Assembly: GCF_030144855.1 (NCBI RefSeq)
Contig: NC_082706.1
Location: 162,006,001 to 162,070,000, forward strand
Source: Hypanus sabinus
Lineage: Eukaryota
Direction: 5' to 3'
DNA: 64,000 nucleotides
Shown here: piece by piece, positions 1 to 11,110 of the stretch
Position numbering within the stretch: position 1 is the stretch's first letter
Layout: every line of letters begins with the position of its first letter
Notes under the pieces: generated by a model
The model's input: only the letters and a program-made list of their open reading frames with translations
Told to the model about the DNA's origin: nothing
The model's database searches: none
Translations under genes and position numbers: made by a program

Positions 1-244
1 TGAAGACAAATAGAAGCTGCAATAACGGCACCTCCTATTCTGCCTGAAGCAGTCTGCAATCCAGTGCATGAACATTGAATTCTCCAAATTCAGACCCTAC
101 CTCGCTCGCTTTCTCTTCCTAAACTACCAGGTCTTCTTGTATACATCCTTCTTTCCAAGTCAACACCCCCCCCCCCCCCACCCCACCCCCAGCCTCCCAT
201 CTCCCAGTATATTTCTGGACATCTTTCTGATTCACTTTAAAACC

Positions 245-362
245 AGATTAAGGGTCTGGACCCACAATGTCGACGGTCCAATTCCTCCGTCAGATGCTGA
301 TTGACCTATTGAGCTCTCCAGCACCTCATTTTTCCCCTCCATATTCTAGCATCTGCAATATC
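245..362 (+). mobile_element. Old, degenerate Penelope pLTR-derived short element
   Basis: agggtctggacccacaatgtcgac...cagatgctgattgacctattgagctctccagca...ttctagcatctgca resembles the younger copies at 5395 and 7499. Confidence 0.55.
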
Positions 363-614
363 TTGGTCTCTCACAGATTATGGATTGTAATGAAGCTGTT
401 TACAACACTCTTAACTAGAGTGAGAATGAATACTGACTCAATCAGAAATAAAGATCAGGAAATATAGGACTGCAAATTCACTGCAGTAACAAATTTACAA
501 AAAAGCAGGAGCCTTAATGTTCTGGGCTGTGTTTGTTCCATTTGAATCTCAGGTGGGAACTGTTCCAATGAAGTTTAAATCAAATTGTTTAACTGTTTGC
601 TTACTGCCTTCAAA

Positions 615-895
615 GAAGGTGCAGGAGCATTAGGACCCACACCACCAGGTTCAGGAACAGTTATTACCCCTCAATCATCGGGTTTTGGGATCAGTGGGAA
701 TAACTTCGTTCAACTTCACTTGCCCCATCACTGATCTGTTTCCACAACCTTCACTGCATATTCTCAATAATTTATTGCTTTTTTTTTCCCATTTGGATTT
801 GCACGTTACACACTGGTTGTTTGACTGTTCAGTAAAGCACAATATCTCATCGATGTACTTTGATAATGATATACTTTGAACCTTTAACATTGAAA
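615..895 (+). mobile_element. Rex1/Babar-like LINE 3' fragment
   Basis: accaccaggttcaggaacagttattacccc 3'-ORF motif (shared with the 54200 copy) and a degenerate (CTTTGAA)n tail. Confidence 0.55.
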
Positions 896-3205
896 CATCT
901 TTCAGACAACTCACAAGAATTGGTTTTTCTATCAAACCACTTTTCAGAGCGATGATCACTAACTCCTATACATGCTCAGTGTAAGTAAGCCATTCGACCA
1001 AAGAGATTCCTTCTCTAGTGCTCATCCTGGGTGGGGACCCAATCAGAGAGAGCTGATGGTTGGGTGTCTGCAGCTGGCTTCAAACCCTGCAGATGCTACA
1101 AGCCAAGAGAGGCCAGAATTCCTGCTGTATATTGTAAGAGGATTTAAAACAATTGCCAGAATGACAACATGGAAAACAAGGAAGTATTTTTTCTCCCATG
1201 GCATTGCTTAGGCCTGCAAATGTAAGCTGCAATCGGGCCCAACATTATTTTTTATAAGTCAGTTCAAAAATGAGGATAAGCTTGTCAAAAACTGGTATGG
1301 GCACAACCAGCAGGATTGCCTTCCCCGTCTTGTGAAGCTCTCTGAAAGATTACTAAAGCCACTTAAAGACACTCACATTCCAGGTTTTGCTGACTCTGGG
1401 CACGGAATGGAACCAATGCCTAATGGATTTACAACCAGCAGGATTCCTTGGTTAGCCCAGGAATACAGCCAGACATTCTGTCTGAAGTCTGACACATTAG
1501 GGCAGTGCTTCCTCTTGTGGATTACCCTTTACAAGCTCAGCTATTTTAGAAAATTTCCCTGTAACTAAATTCTAGGACCACAGGTAAGTCTCAATTAATA
1601 AATGGCTGATCTGATTTTCACCTTCATTTACCTTTTCTCCACAACCAACACCATATACAACAAAAATTGAGCCATTTGACTTTTGAAATTTTCACTGGAA
1701 CTGGACCCCATACTTTATTGGAAATTTCAGATTTTCACTACACATTATGTGAAGACTTGCTTTCTGACATCTCTCCTGAAGGGGCTCACTCTCTTAATAA
1801 GGATATTCTCCTTGACATGGACTCATAAACAGAGTAAACAGTTTCTTTCTACCAAACCCCCATCAAATCCTTCAAATGATTTGAACACATGGATTACATC
1901 TATCCTTAACCTTCCATAGAATACAAGTGCAGATTTATAGTTTGTCCTCATGCTGAAATTCTTCTGATCCCAGGAATTTCATAATCTGAATCCAAAATGA
2001 ACCAAAAAACATATCTCTCCTTAGCACTCCACATGCTGTCTTATTCAAGCTTTGCACAACTTCCAATAATTCATGTTCAACCCCCATGATATAATGTTGA
2101 GATTCTGCTAATCTGTTCCATAATTTTTATATAGATATTAACATCTTTCTAATTCCACAGAATTACCTAGCTCTTTTTGTATATACATTGGGATGGAGAT
2201 TTGCTTTTGGTTTCATCTTATGAACAAGGAATAATGTGCCTCAATATTACAAGTTTAGCAGTAACTTTATCCTTTTCCAACTTTCTTAGATTCAACGAAT
2301 GAACTCCAAATGCTAACTAAACAATCCAAGGACAGGGCGATATTTATTCGTCATCTCCAGCTGCCCTTGACCTGAGTATTTATTAAGCAATTTCTGAAGG
2401 CAATTTTGAGCCAACAACTTACTATATAAGGAGTCACATGAGGACAAGGCTGGGTAATACCCTGAAGCACATTAGTGAGCCTGAAGGGTTTTTGCAACAA
2501 TTCCAGTGTAATTGTCGTTCAACCATACATGAATACAGCCAAACAAAACAGTGTAACCCCTGGGCCAAGGTGCAAACCAGAGTGCCAACAGTCACACATA
2601 GCACATGGCACAGTTGGCACACATAAGACAGCAAGTATACAAAGAGAGCAAGCACATCTAAAGTAGGAAGTGCAAATAAGATAGCAGTAAAATACAGTCA
2701 TACCATAAAATAGTCCAAGTCCCTGAGTCCATGAATGTTGCAGCAGTCTGTGTTCAAACACAATACAGCTTGTCTTCTGCTGAGTGAACAATGGGGAGTA
2801 ACACTGTGCCACACTGCCCCAGTCGCACTGACTCTAATGCCCCTCTCCTGGGTGGTTGCAAACATGCAACACTGTGCTTGAGGCATATGACCGAGACCAC
2901 ACAGCTCCTCCACCACCCACTCCTGCTGTCCACCAAAAGAACTGTCGGACTTGCAGAATTCCACATTAACAATGTTAAGCAGGGTCTTGTGACCACAAGA
3001 AGAGTGATTAAGATGATCACTTGTTGTTAGACTGCACAATGCTGTCGCCTAAGACCCCTCCGATGCCTCTCTGACTCAGGCAGCAACCCGATCTGCATCA
3101 GGTCAGCTCCTTCACTGCCGTGCAACTCGCAGATGGGGTAGACCTGCAGTACTTCCTAAGTTCTTAATGTCCAGCAGGGTCTTGCAATCATTAAAAAAAA
3201 GACAA

Positions 3206-3348
3206 ATAAGAGAAAATCTGCAGATGCTGGAAATCCAAGCAACACACACAAAATGCTGAAGAGTTTTGACCTGAAACATCGACTGTACTTTTTTTGCATG
3301 GATGCTGCCTGTCTTGCTGAGCTCCTCCAGAATTTTGTGTGTGTTGCT
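3206..3348. mobile_element. Fold-back Penelope pLTR-derived mini-element
   Basis: Inverted arms gcaacacacacaaaat / attttgtgtgtgttgc, a partial hammerhead 3' half (gaaacatcgactg), and a TSD aaaaaagacaa at 3195-3205 and 3351-3361. Confidence 0.8.
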
Positions 3349-4299
3349 TTAAAAAAGACAATCATACCTTTGGTTGGCCTCATAGAAGCAATTGCTTCCA
3401 TCTTACTGAAAGTGATCAGGCGGTTTCAAGATCACCGTTGCAGGACTAAGTTTATAATCTAATTAACTGAATATAAATTCCGAACTGCTAAGATGGGATT
3501 TGAACCAATGACACTGAATTATCAGTTCAAGCCTCTTTTTTACCATTGTTCTACCTCACTTTGCCCAGTCACATAATCTGTCATGTTCTGCATCCAAAGT
3601 TCTACAGAACCTGCATTAAAAGGATTACTCATATTCTCCCCGTCTTGACTAAATTATTAGGAAGCAATGCTGAGTCTGTACAAGACCTTACTTAGAGCAC
3701 AGTTGATCTGTTAGATTTCCATTACAGGAAATCATGGAAAAGATTTAGAGGGTCAGACGGTACCAGGCTGAAAGAGAACAAGAATGAAAATTGAAAAAAA
3801 AATGCGTGTTTTTATGTTTATTGATAAATATGCTGAAGAAAGTATTATTGGAACCTTTTTATTGGTCAGCATAAAGACCATGAGTGGATGCTGAGGTGAA
3901 ATTTCCCTCAAGATAACTTCAAGGTTGAGGAATCACAGCAAAATTTCCCCGCATAATGTAAGTGCACATGGAGGGGAGGGAGTCTACAGAAGACGTGGCC
4001 TTTCTTTTCTGTATGAACTAGACAAGCATTGTTGCTCTTCCAGCTCTATTAAATACTTTCACACCCCAATTAAATACTTTCACCGCTGGACTCCTTTTGG
4101 ATTTGACTGCTCTTCCCAGCAAGTTTTGCCTTCTGAGGAGCCTGTGCTGGTCATCTAATGTGGTCCTCAATAATCAATAGAGTTGACTGCAACATCAAAG
4201 CACAGCAAACTTTTCATCCTCATATCAACACTGATCAATTCTGCAAGTCTGAATCTGAATATGGTGTAAAATAAAATATTGATTAATCATGGAATTGTA

Positions 4300-4740
4300 C
4301 AGAAAAGACATGTCTTTTGATCTACAGCTATGCCAACCATGATGCTTATCTACCCTAATCCCATTTGTCTGAATTAGGCCTACAGTTCTTTACACCTTTT
4401 CTATCCAAGTACCCGTCCAAACGTCTTTCAATTATTATAATTGTACCTGCCTCCACCACCATCTCTGGCATTTTTTTCCAGATATTCACCATCCCCTATG
4501 TAAAAAAACTTATCTCTCTGATATCTTTTGAACTTCTCCCCTCTCACTTCAAACTTGTGCCTTCCAGTTCTAGACTACCCAATTTATCCAATCTGTCTTT
4601 GTAACTACAGCAACATCCAGGTGAATCTTATCTGCCTTTTCTGTACTATGCCTATGTTAGTCCTGTAATGTGGTGATCAAAGTGATGCACAATACTCCAC
4701 AAGCAGACTAACTCATGTTTTGCACAGTTGCAATGTGACA
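4300..4740 (-). mobile_element. Degenerate CR1 LINE 3' fragment
   Basis: Resembles the 3' ends of the other CR1 copies in the window; boundaries approximate. Confidence 0.55.
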
Positions 4741-5031
4741 AATGTAATAATAACTTTTCCTTTACACGATTCTTTTCAGAGTTGGAAGTAGGTGTTTTAA
4801 TTCACTGAAATGCAAAAAAAATGCCAAGGAATTAAAAAAAACACTACCAGTGTTAGAAATCTGTAATAAAAAGAGATAATTATTTATAATATTTTCTATG
4901 TTTGTTATTTGAAAACTTATGATTGGTTACCAGAGAATATTTTGCGTACAAGAACAAAAAGACTTTCAATCTCAGAAAAGCCAAACTATTTCCTCACTCT
5001 TTGACTGAATAGCATCAGCAATATCACTTAC

Positions 5032-5172
5032 CAAACCCCACCACAGTGCATCTGCATAGGTATTGAAGTCTTGAGTACTGTTTCTGGCATTATCATCTTT
5101 TTCAACCAGATAGACAAGGAATGAGGCCAAAATGAGTGATAGGAATCCAATGTACCAGGCAGTGATGAGCTC
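5032..5172 (-). CDS. KCNQ3: KCNQ3-like exon 5 (S5, turret, pore helix)
   Basis: tctcag acceptor and gtaagt donor bound a 141-bp exon: [47 protein letters not shown]. The retigabine-site Trp (TAW) is retained. Confidence 0.95.
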
Positions 5173-5394
5173 CTGAGAAACATGGATAAGATCTATTAGT
5201 GCCTTTCAAGTGGATAAACACATAGGTCCCAGATGCATCCTCAAAGAATTGTTAAAACCCATCCAGTTCTTACCAATTTGAGCATAAATAACGCCACATG
5301 GTGGAATTCTAACTGTTTAGGGGCTGCAAGAACAGATGATAAAACTGGCAATGCTAGTGGTTGTTAAAGTCCATGACTGTACACATTGAAACAA

Positions 5395-5548
5395 ATAAAA
5401 ACACAAAATGCTGGAGGGCTTCCTGATGAAGGGTTTCAGCCCGAAACTTTGTTATTACCTCCTCCCATAGATGCTGTCTGGCCTGCTGAGTTCTGCCAGC
5501 ATTTTGTGCTTTTATTTATTTCCAGCATCTGCAGATTCACTCGTGTTG
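5395..5548 (+). mobile_element. Penelope pLTR-derived mini-element with hammerhead-like core
   Basis: 12-bp TSD acattgaaacaa (5383-5394, 5549-5560), a short inverted 5' arm, and CTGATGA-AGGGTTTCAGCCC-GAAAC at 5423-5447 with the cleavage triplet mutated. Confidence 0.85.
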
Positions 5549-6338
5549 ACATTGAAACAATTATTGCTTAGCTTTTTACGGTGATACATTACTTCTAGTT
5601 CCATTAACCCTTGCCTTTGCTAAGCCCCCAGAGCTAGGCCTATGTGGGGAAGAGCTCACCATGCCTGATGCCATGGCTTAGCTTTGGAAATCATATGGGT
5701 TTGCTCAGGCAGAGTTTCACCAAATGCTTGGCCTGATCAGCTCTGGGCACATTTGTTCCCTTATGTACTGGAATCCTAAATGAACAACACACACATTTCT
5801 AGTTTAAGATGTTTCTGAGTAGATCAGATTCTTCTTCTCTGTCGAGCCTATCTTTTACACTTCCAAATGTTCCTCAAAGCTTAGATTTGTGTACTGAAGA
5901 CTACAGAACGCACTCCATCCTAAATGCCTCTGATGCTTTGATTTTGAACCATTCATGAAAGCTGTGCTAATTTTAGATGAAAAATTTACATACCATTTTT
6001 GCAAATTGCTTTTATGTTCATCAATTTTTGGCATGCTACCAGACAAAATGTCTGCTATTATAAGAAATGGCAACTTCCAAAATCCCACTGTACAAACTAT
6101 AGAACCCTGCTCCGTCTATGTTCAGACAGTGAAGATAGTTTGTTACGGGCTGATATTCAATATTCCTGGAAGGAAAAAAAAACTATGTATTTTCTCTTAA
6201 CTTATATCCTCAGTTACTGCTGCATCACATGACAACCTGAGATGAATTTATGATGAATGAAAACCAGATTCTATAATTGGACACACAAAATGCTGGTGGA
6301 ACACAGCAGGCCAGGCAGCATCTATAGGGAGAAGTGCT

Positions 6339-6372
6339 GTCGACATTTCGGGCCGAGACCCTTCGTCAGGAC
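6339..6372 (-). ncRNA. Minimal type I hammerhead ribozyme motif (sense to the KCNQ pre-mRNA)
   Basis: Minus strand reads GUC-CUGACGA-AGGGUCUCGGCCC-GAAA-UGUC^GAC. Core boxes intact, stem II GGGU/GCCC, stem I GUC/GAC, vestigial stem III. Predicted cut between 6342 and 6341. Confidence 0.75.
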
Positions 6373-6748
6373 TAACCAGAAGTAAAGATAGTAAGAGATT
6401 TGAAAGTAGTAGGGGGAGTAGGAAATGCGAAATGATAGGAGTAGACCGGAGGGGGTGAGATGAAGCTAAGAGCTGGAAAGGTGATTGGCGAAAGTGATAC
6501 AGAGCTGTAGAACGGAAAGGATCATGGGACAGGAGGCCTCAGGAGAAAGAGGGGGTGGGGGAGCACCAGAGGGAGATGGAGAACAGGCAAACAACTAAAT
6601 ATGTCAGGGATGGGGTAAGAAGGGGAGGAGGGGCATTAACAGAAGTTAGAGAAGTCAATGTTCATGTCATCAGGTTGGAGGCTACCCAGCCAGTATATAA
6701 GATGTTGTTCCTCCAACCTGAGTTTGGATTCATTTTGACAATAGAGGA

Positions 6749-6813
6749 GAATCAGAATCAGACTTTAATCGCCAAGTACCTGTACACATACAAGGAATTT
6801 ACTTCCGGCAGAT
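6749..6813 (-). mobile_element. 5'-truncated retroelement tail with (TCTGAT)n end, inserted into the Penelope arm
   Basis: Near-identical reverse complement of 12748-12810, and absent from the homologous right arm. Confidence 0.8.
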
Positions 6814-7030
6814 CCGGCCATGGATAGACATATCAGAGTGGGAATGGGATGTGGAATTAAAATGTGTGGCCACTGGGAGATCCTGCTTTTTCTGGCGGAC
6901 CGAGCATCGGTGTTCAGCAAAACGGTCTCCCAGTCTGCATCGGGTCTCACCAATATATAAAAGGCCACACCGGGAGCACCGGACACAGTATACCACACCA
7001 GCCGACTCACAGGTGAAGTGTCACCTCACC
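6814..7030 (-). pseudogene. GIY-YIG endonuclease remnant of a Penelope-like element
   Basis: VYCVRCSRCGLLYIGETRCRLGDRFAEHRCSV...VATHF: VY..YIG motifs, catalytic Arg and the PLE-type CxxC/H residues. Confidence 0.88.
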
Positions 7031-7498
7031 TGGAAGGACGGAATTTTTCAGCAAAATGGTCTCCCAGTCACCTATGCTTGGTCCGCCAGAAAAAGCAGGA
7101 TCTCCCAGTGGCCACACATTTTAATTCCACGTCCCATTCCCATTCTGATATTTCTATCCATGGGCTCCTCTATTGTCAAATTGAATCCAAACTCAGGTTG
7201 GAGGCATGAACATTGACTTCTCTAACTTCTGTTAATGCCCCTCTTCCCCTTCTTACCCCATCCCTGACATATTTAGTTGTTTGCCTGTTCTCCATCTCCC
7301 TCTGGTGCTCCCCCCTCCTTTCTTTCTCCTGAGGTCTCCTGTCCCATGATCCTTTCCCTTCTCCAGCTCTGTATCACTTTCACCAATCACCTTTCCAGCT
7401 CTTGGCTTTATCCCACCCCCTCTGGTCTTCTCCTATCATTTCACATTTTCCCCTCCCCCCACTACTTTCAAATCTCTTAGTATCTCTCCTTTCGGTTA

Positions 7499-7532
7499 GT
7501 CCTGACGAAGAGTCTCGGCCTGAAACGTCAAC
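7499..7532 (+). ncRNA. Minimal hammerhead motif, weakened copy
   Basis: GTC-CTGACGA-AGAGTCTCGGCCT-GAAACGTC-AAC. Core and palindromic ACGT intact; stems I and II carry mismatches. Confidence 0.6.
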
Positions 7533-7749
7533 AACGCTTCTCCCTATAGATGCTGCCTGGCCTGCTGTGTTCCACCAGCGTTTTGTGTGTGTTGTTGTTT
7601 GAATTTCCAGCATCTGCAGATTTCCTCGTGTTTGTTCTATAATTGGATCCATTTTTGAAAAGCAGTAAACATAAATAATGGCAAGTATTAAATCAGATTC
7701 TGGTTCACTGATTAGCCAAAGATTTTATTTTCTGAAAAGACTTCCTGAC

Positions 7750-7922
7750 CTTGCTGTGTGAACAAATTGCGGAACCTAAAAGTTTCCATGTGCCTCCTCT
7801 TCGGTCCATCCGCAACATGCGGAGTATTTGTAGAAAACGCAAACTTCGTAGGGATGTCGCCACAATGTTCTGCAAAGTCCCCACTGCAACAATCACCACA
7901 GAACCAATCAGGACGATGATAT
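7750..7922 (-). CDS. KCNQ3: KCNQ3-like exon 4 (S3, S4 voltage sensor, S4-S5 linker)
   Basis: ctccag acceptor and gtcagg donor bound a 173-bp exon: (D)[63 protein letters not shown] (without the Ala of KCNQ2/4/5) and GSAIC.HSK are KCNQ3-type. Confidence 0.95.
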
Positions 7923-8831
7923 CTGGAGAGATACAAGGAAAATACTTTAATTTGAAAAATACCTTTGGTCAAATCCCCCAAAAAAGTCAAACATTCAGGA
8001 AGAGCTTAAGCTTCCCAACAGGAGCAGTTATATGTCTTAAAGGGCCATTAGAGGAAATAGAAGTCATCGGGGGGCAGTAAGAGGCACCTTAACTTGAGGC
8101 AAGAGGCATGACCCACCATGAGTAGAGTGGGCACTTCCAAAAAATAGGATGAGGCACTGGAACACATTAAGAACCATAACTCAGCAGGTGGTGAACACTC
8201 GTCCTCACACACGCCAGAAACTTGGAAATCTCATCCAAACATACCAGCCAAACAAACATTATTAGGGATGCATAATTTAGCAACCAGGGTGCCCAACAGT
8301 TCCACTTGACCCGTGGCATGGCACAAGTTCATGCAATTTAACAGTTGATAAGTTAAGTACACCCTCTGAGCTTTCTCCACATATCTACAGAAAACAAGTC
8401 ACACAATGATACAGCACTGGCCAGAACCAAAAGGCGAAGTAGAGCCAATTAGTGAACCCACAGACCTTGGGGATTCTTCTTGAGGTATTCAAAGCAACTT
8501 GGCTTCATATGTGTGGTTTTTGGGGAAGCACTGCATGATAGTTGGTCGGTCAAGAACCATCTTTGAGGATTATAAGACCTTATGTGATTGGTCAATTGCT
8601 CTAACTGGAATCGTATAAAGGTAGCTTGCTATACACCAGCTCTAATCCAACTAACACTCAGATTCAATCGGAACCCTTGTCAATGTAATCTTCACTGTTG
8701 CGTTCGTCTTCGCCTTGTTGCTCCCTTGTGTGCTGCTTCCATCATTCCACCCATCTCAACTCACTGCCATGTCGCCATCTGATAGGCATTCCCAGTTTGC
8801 ATTAATTTCTTATTTTAAAATAGCCCCATTA

Positions 8832-9313
8832 ATGACGGATAAATATGCCCAGCATGATCTCTATGTCTCTGAAGGCAGTGAAGTCTTGAATTCTAATCCT
8901 GCTAAGAAACTCTAGGAAGTGTGTTGATACATTGTCACATACCTGGCGTATGGTTTTATTCCATTCCTGTCAGATCAGCAATGCCCCATTTGTCTTATTT
9001 GTAATATTATACTGTCTAATGAAACCACGAAACCATCAAGATTGCAGGAACGCTTCCATAAAGGACACCCTGAAAAGGCTACTTATGGTTCCAGAAGATG
9101 AAAGCAACATTTGAAAAGTGTTGCACACTCGAGTCATTTGCCAAGAAAGCTAAAAATGACCTTGATAGGATTTGAATGATCTGAAAATTCCAGAATGAGT
9201 ATTAACCCATTTCTTTGCAAGGTGGAAGAACAGGAAGAGAGCTTGCAAGAAGAAAGCATCGAAATTCAGAATGATGAAGAAGCAAAAATGCTTTCCAAAA
9301 ATGTTGGCTTTTG
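8832..9313 (+). pseudogene. hAT (Buster/Charlie-type) transposase remnant, 5' part
   Basis: YLAYGFIPFLSDQQCPICLICNIILSNETTKPSRLQERFHKGHPEK (BED zinc-finger region), followed after an internal deletion by INPFLCKVEEQEESLQEESIEIQNDEEAK. Confidence 0.8.
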
Positions 9314-9496
9314 GAAGGTCAGCAGGAGATGCTCATGGAGTGAGTACTGTTTTAGATTCGCTCCATAACCTTAACTTTTTTTAACCTTTGATCACCCTTA
9401 TTCAACTTATTTTTACCTACACCAAAAGATTCTTACTATTTTCTTGGACTTATCGTTAAGAGCTTATTGTGAATGTTTGAAGATATGTACTCAGAA

Positions 9497-10336
9497 ATGG
9501 CTCTTAGATCTAAAGGACGAGAACCTGGACGGAACTCGAATGGTAATGGAAAGAAGCAAGCTCATCCACAATGCACTGAATTAACTTATGAATTGTTATT
9601 GGAGGTTTAAGATCAAAAATTTTAAGAACAACGACAAATTTTTAAACAAGATATAAAGACTTTTCAAGATTATATGGATAAGACAGATTCAGTAATTAAC
9701 CAGCAGCAAGTTCTTAAAGCATCTCTGCAAGAAGATGCTCAGAAACGAGATTTGATAATTGAAAAATTGCAACAGGACTTACTTTCGACCATTAAACAGG
9801 TGGAAACACTTAAAGCCAAGAGTGTCAACTTTGAAAATCGGTCCAGAAGACAGAACTTACGTATACTTGGTCTTCCGCAAGGTATTGAACAAGGCGACCC
9901 CATGAAGTACTTTGCTCAACTTTTAAAGGACGCGTTCCCGTCTGTATTTCCAGATTGTCCTCTGTTACTCGATCGCGCTCATAGAATTATGCATCGATCT
10001 CCGAGTGCTTCAGCTAAACCCTTGGTTGTAATTGTCCGATTTCATTACGTACATGTTAAAGAGCAACTTATTCGTGTGGCTCAGCGTGTAGGAATGGGCA
10101 CATTTCGGGATCACAATTTTCGTTTAGTAGAAGATTTTAGTCCTGAAGTAATGAAGGCAAGGCTTCTTTTTAAACCACTGATGTCTGAATGTTATGAGAA
10201 AAATCTAAAACCTGCTCTCTTACACCCTGCAAAGCTCAGAATCTCGCCACGGAATGCTCCACGACGGGTTTTCACTTCTGATGCGAGAAGCTTTCTGAAG
10301 GAGAACTTCCCTACTGCTATGGACACTCATGTCTAA
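9497..10336 (+). pseudogene. L1 ORF1p (coiled coil + RRM), two in-frame stops near 9608-9625
   Basis: ENRSRRQNLRILGLPQGIE, LDRAHR, IVRF and EDFS motifs of Transposase_22-type ORF1. Confidence 0.9.
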
Positions 10337-11110
10337 TAAATGAGTGATTTTGATCATATAAGATGGTTTTTGATTCCTAAAACCAGATTTTGTATCTGGT
10401 TATTGGTGTAGGTTTACTCTATACTTTATACTCTAGTTAAAGTTTTCTTTCGACATATCAATCTTTTTGTTTTACTTACTTTAACCAGTATACTATATCA
10501 CTGGCTATTATTATTATTCCTTCGAAGGTGAATTTTTTTTTACTAAGTTGGAGGTTTTTTTTAACATTTTTGGTGTTTTTTTAAGATGGTGCTGTTTTTT
10601 TTTCTTTTGTCTTCTTCCTAGAATGTATCGTTTATCACAGTTTAAATATTTTTTGGTTTGTTTGGGTTTTAACCCAATTTATAAGTTTCTAGTGATTATA
10701 TTCTCTTTGTTTTTTTTTACTACAAATTATATTAAGAAGTTTGGTTTTAGTATAGTGATTACAATTTTTTTAGAGTTTGGGTGGATTTTTTTAATATATC
10801 CTTTATATACGGAGTGGTCTTCTGCTGATATGGGGGTAGAGTTAGTTTCATCTTTCCTTTTTCCCAGCCTATTTTTGGCTGTGGTTTTTTTTCTCTCTCT
10901 TCTAGGGTGGGAGGTGGGTGGTCTTTTTCCTAATTCTATGTTTCTTTTACCAGTTTTTTTTTAGGTTTTTCATTTGGGCTGATTTTAAAGTACAAATATG
11001 TCCGCGATGTTGTCACTTCTGGGTCCGCTCTTTATTTTTGTTCCTCTTCCGGGTGCTTGAGTTTATAATCTGGTTAACCCTTTTTATACCAAAGGGTTGA
11101 TTTTAGAAAT

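Larger units (their letters stand above)
6282..7634. mobile_element. Penelope-like retroelement insertion with inverted arms
   Basis: 13-bp TSD ttctataattgga (6269-6281, 7635-7647). The left arm (minus) and right arm (plus, ~7075-7634) are reverse complements of each other. A GIY-YIG remnant is present. Confidence 0.9.

Noticed and set aside
1-5031. KCNQ exon 6 (TIGYGD selectivity filter)
   Set aside because: No GYGD-encoding segment found by eye on the minus strand; it probably lies left of the window.
8285-8297. Left TIR of the hAT element (cagggtgcccaac)
   Set aside because: Partial match only; no 8-bp TSD agrees with the flank at 15984, so the left end was left undefined.
10548-11100. 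Phe-rich membrane-like ORFs
   Set aside because: Artefact of the T-rich L1 spacer.
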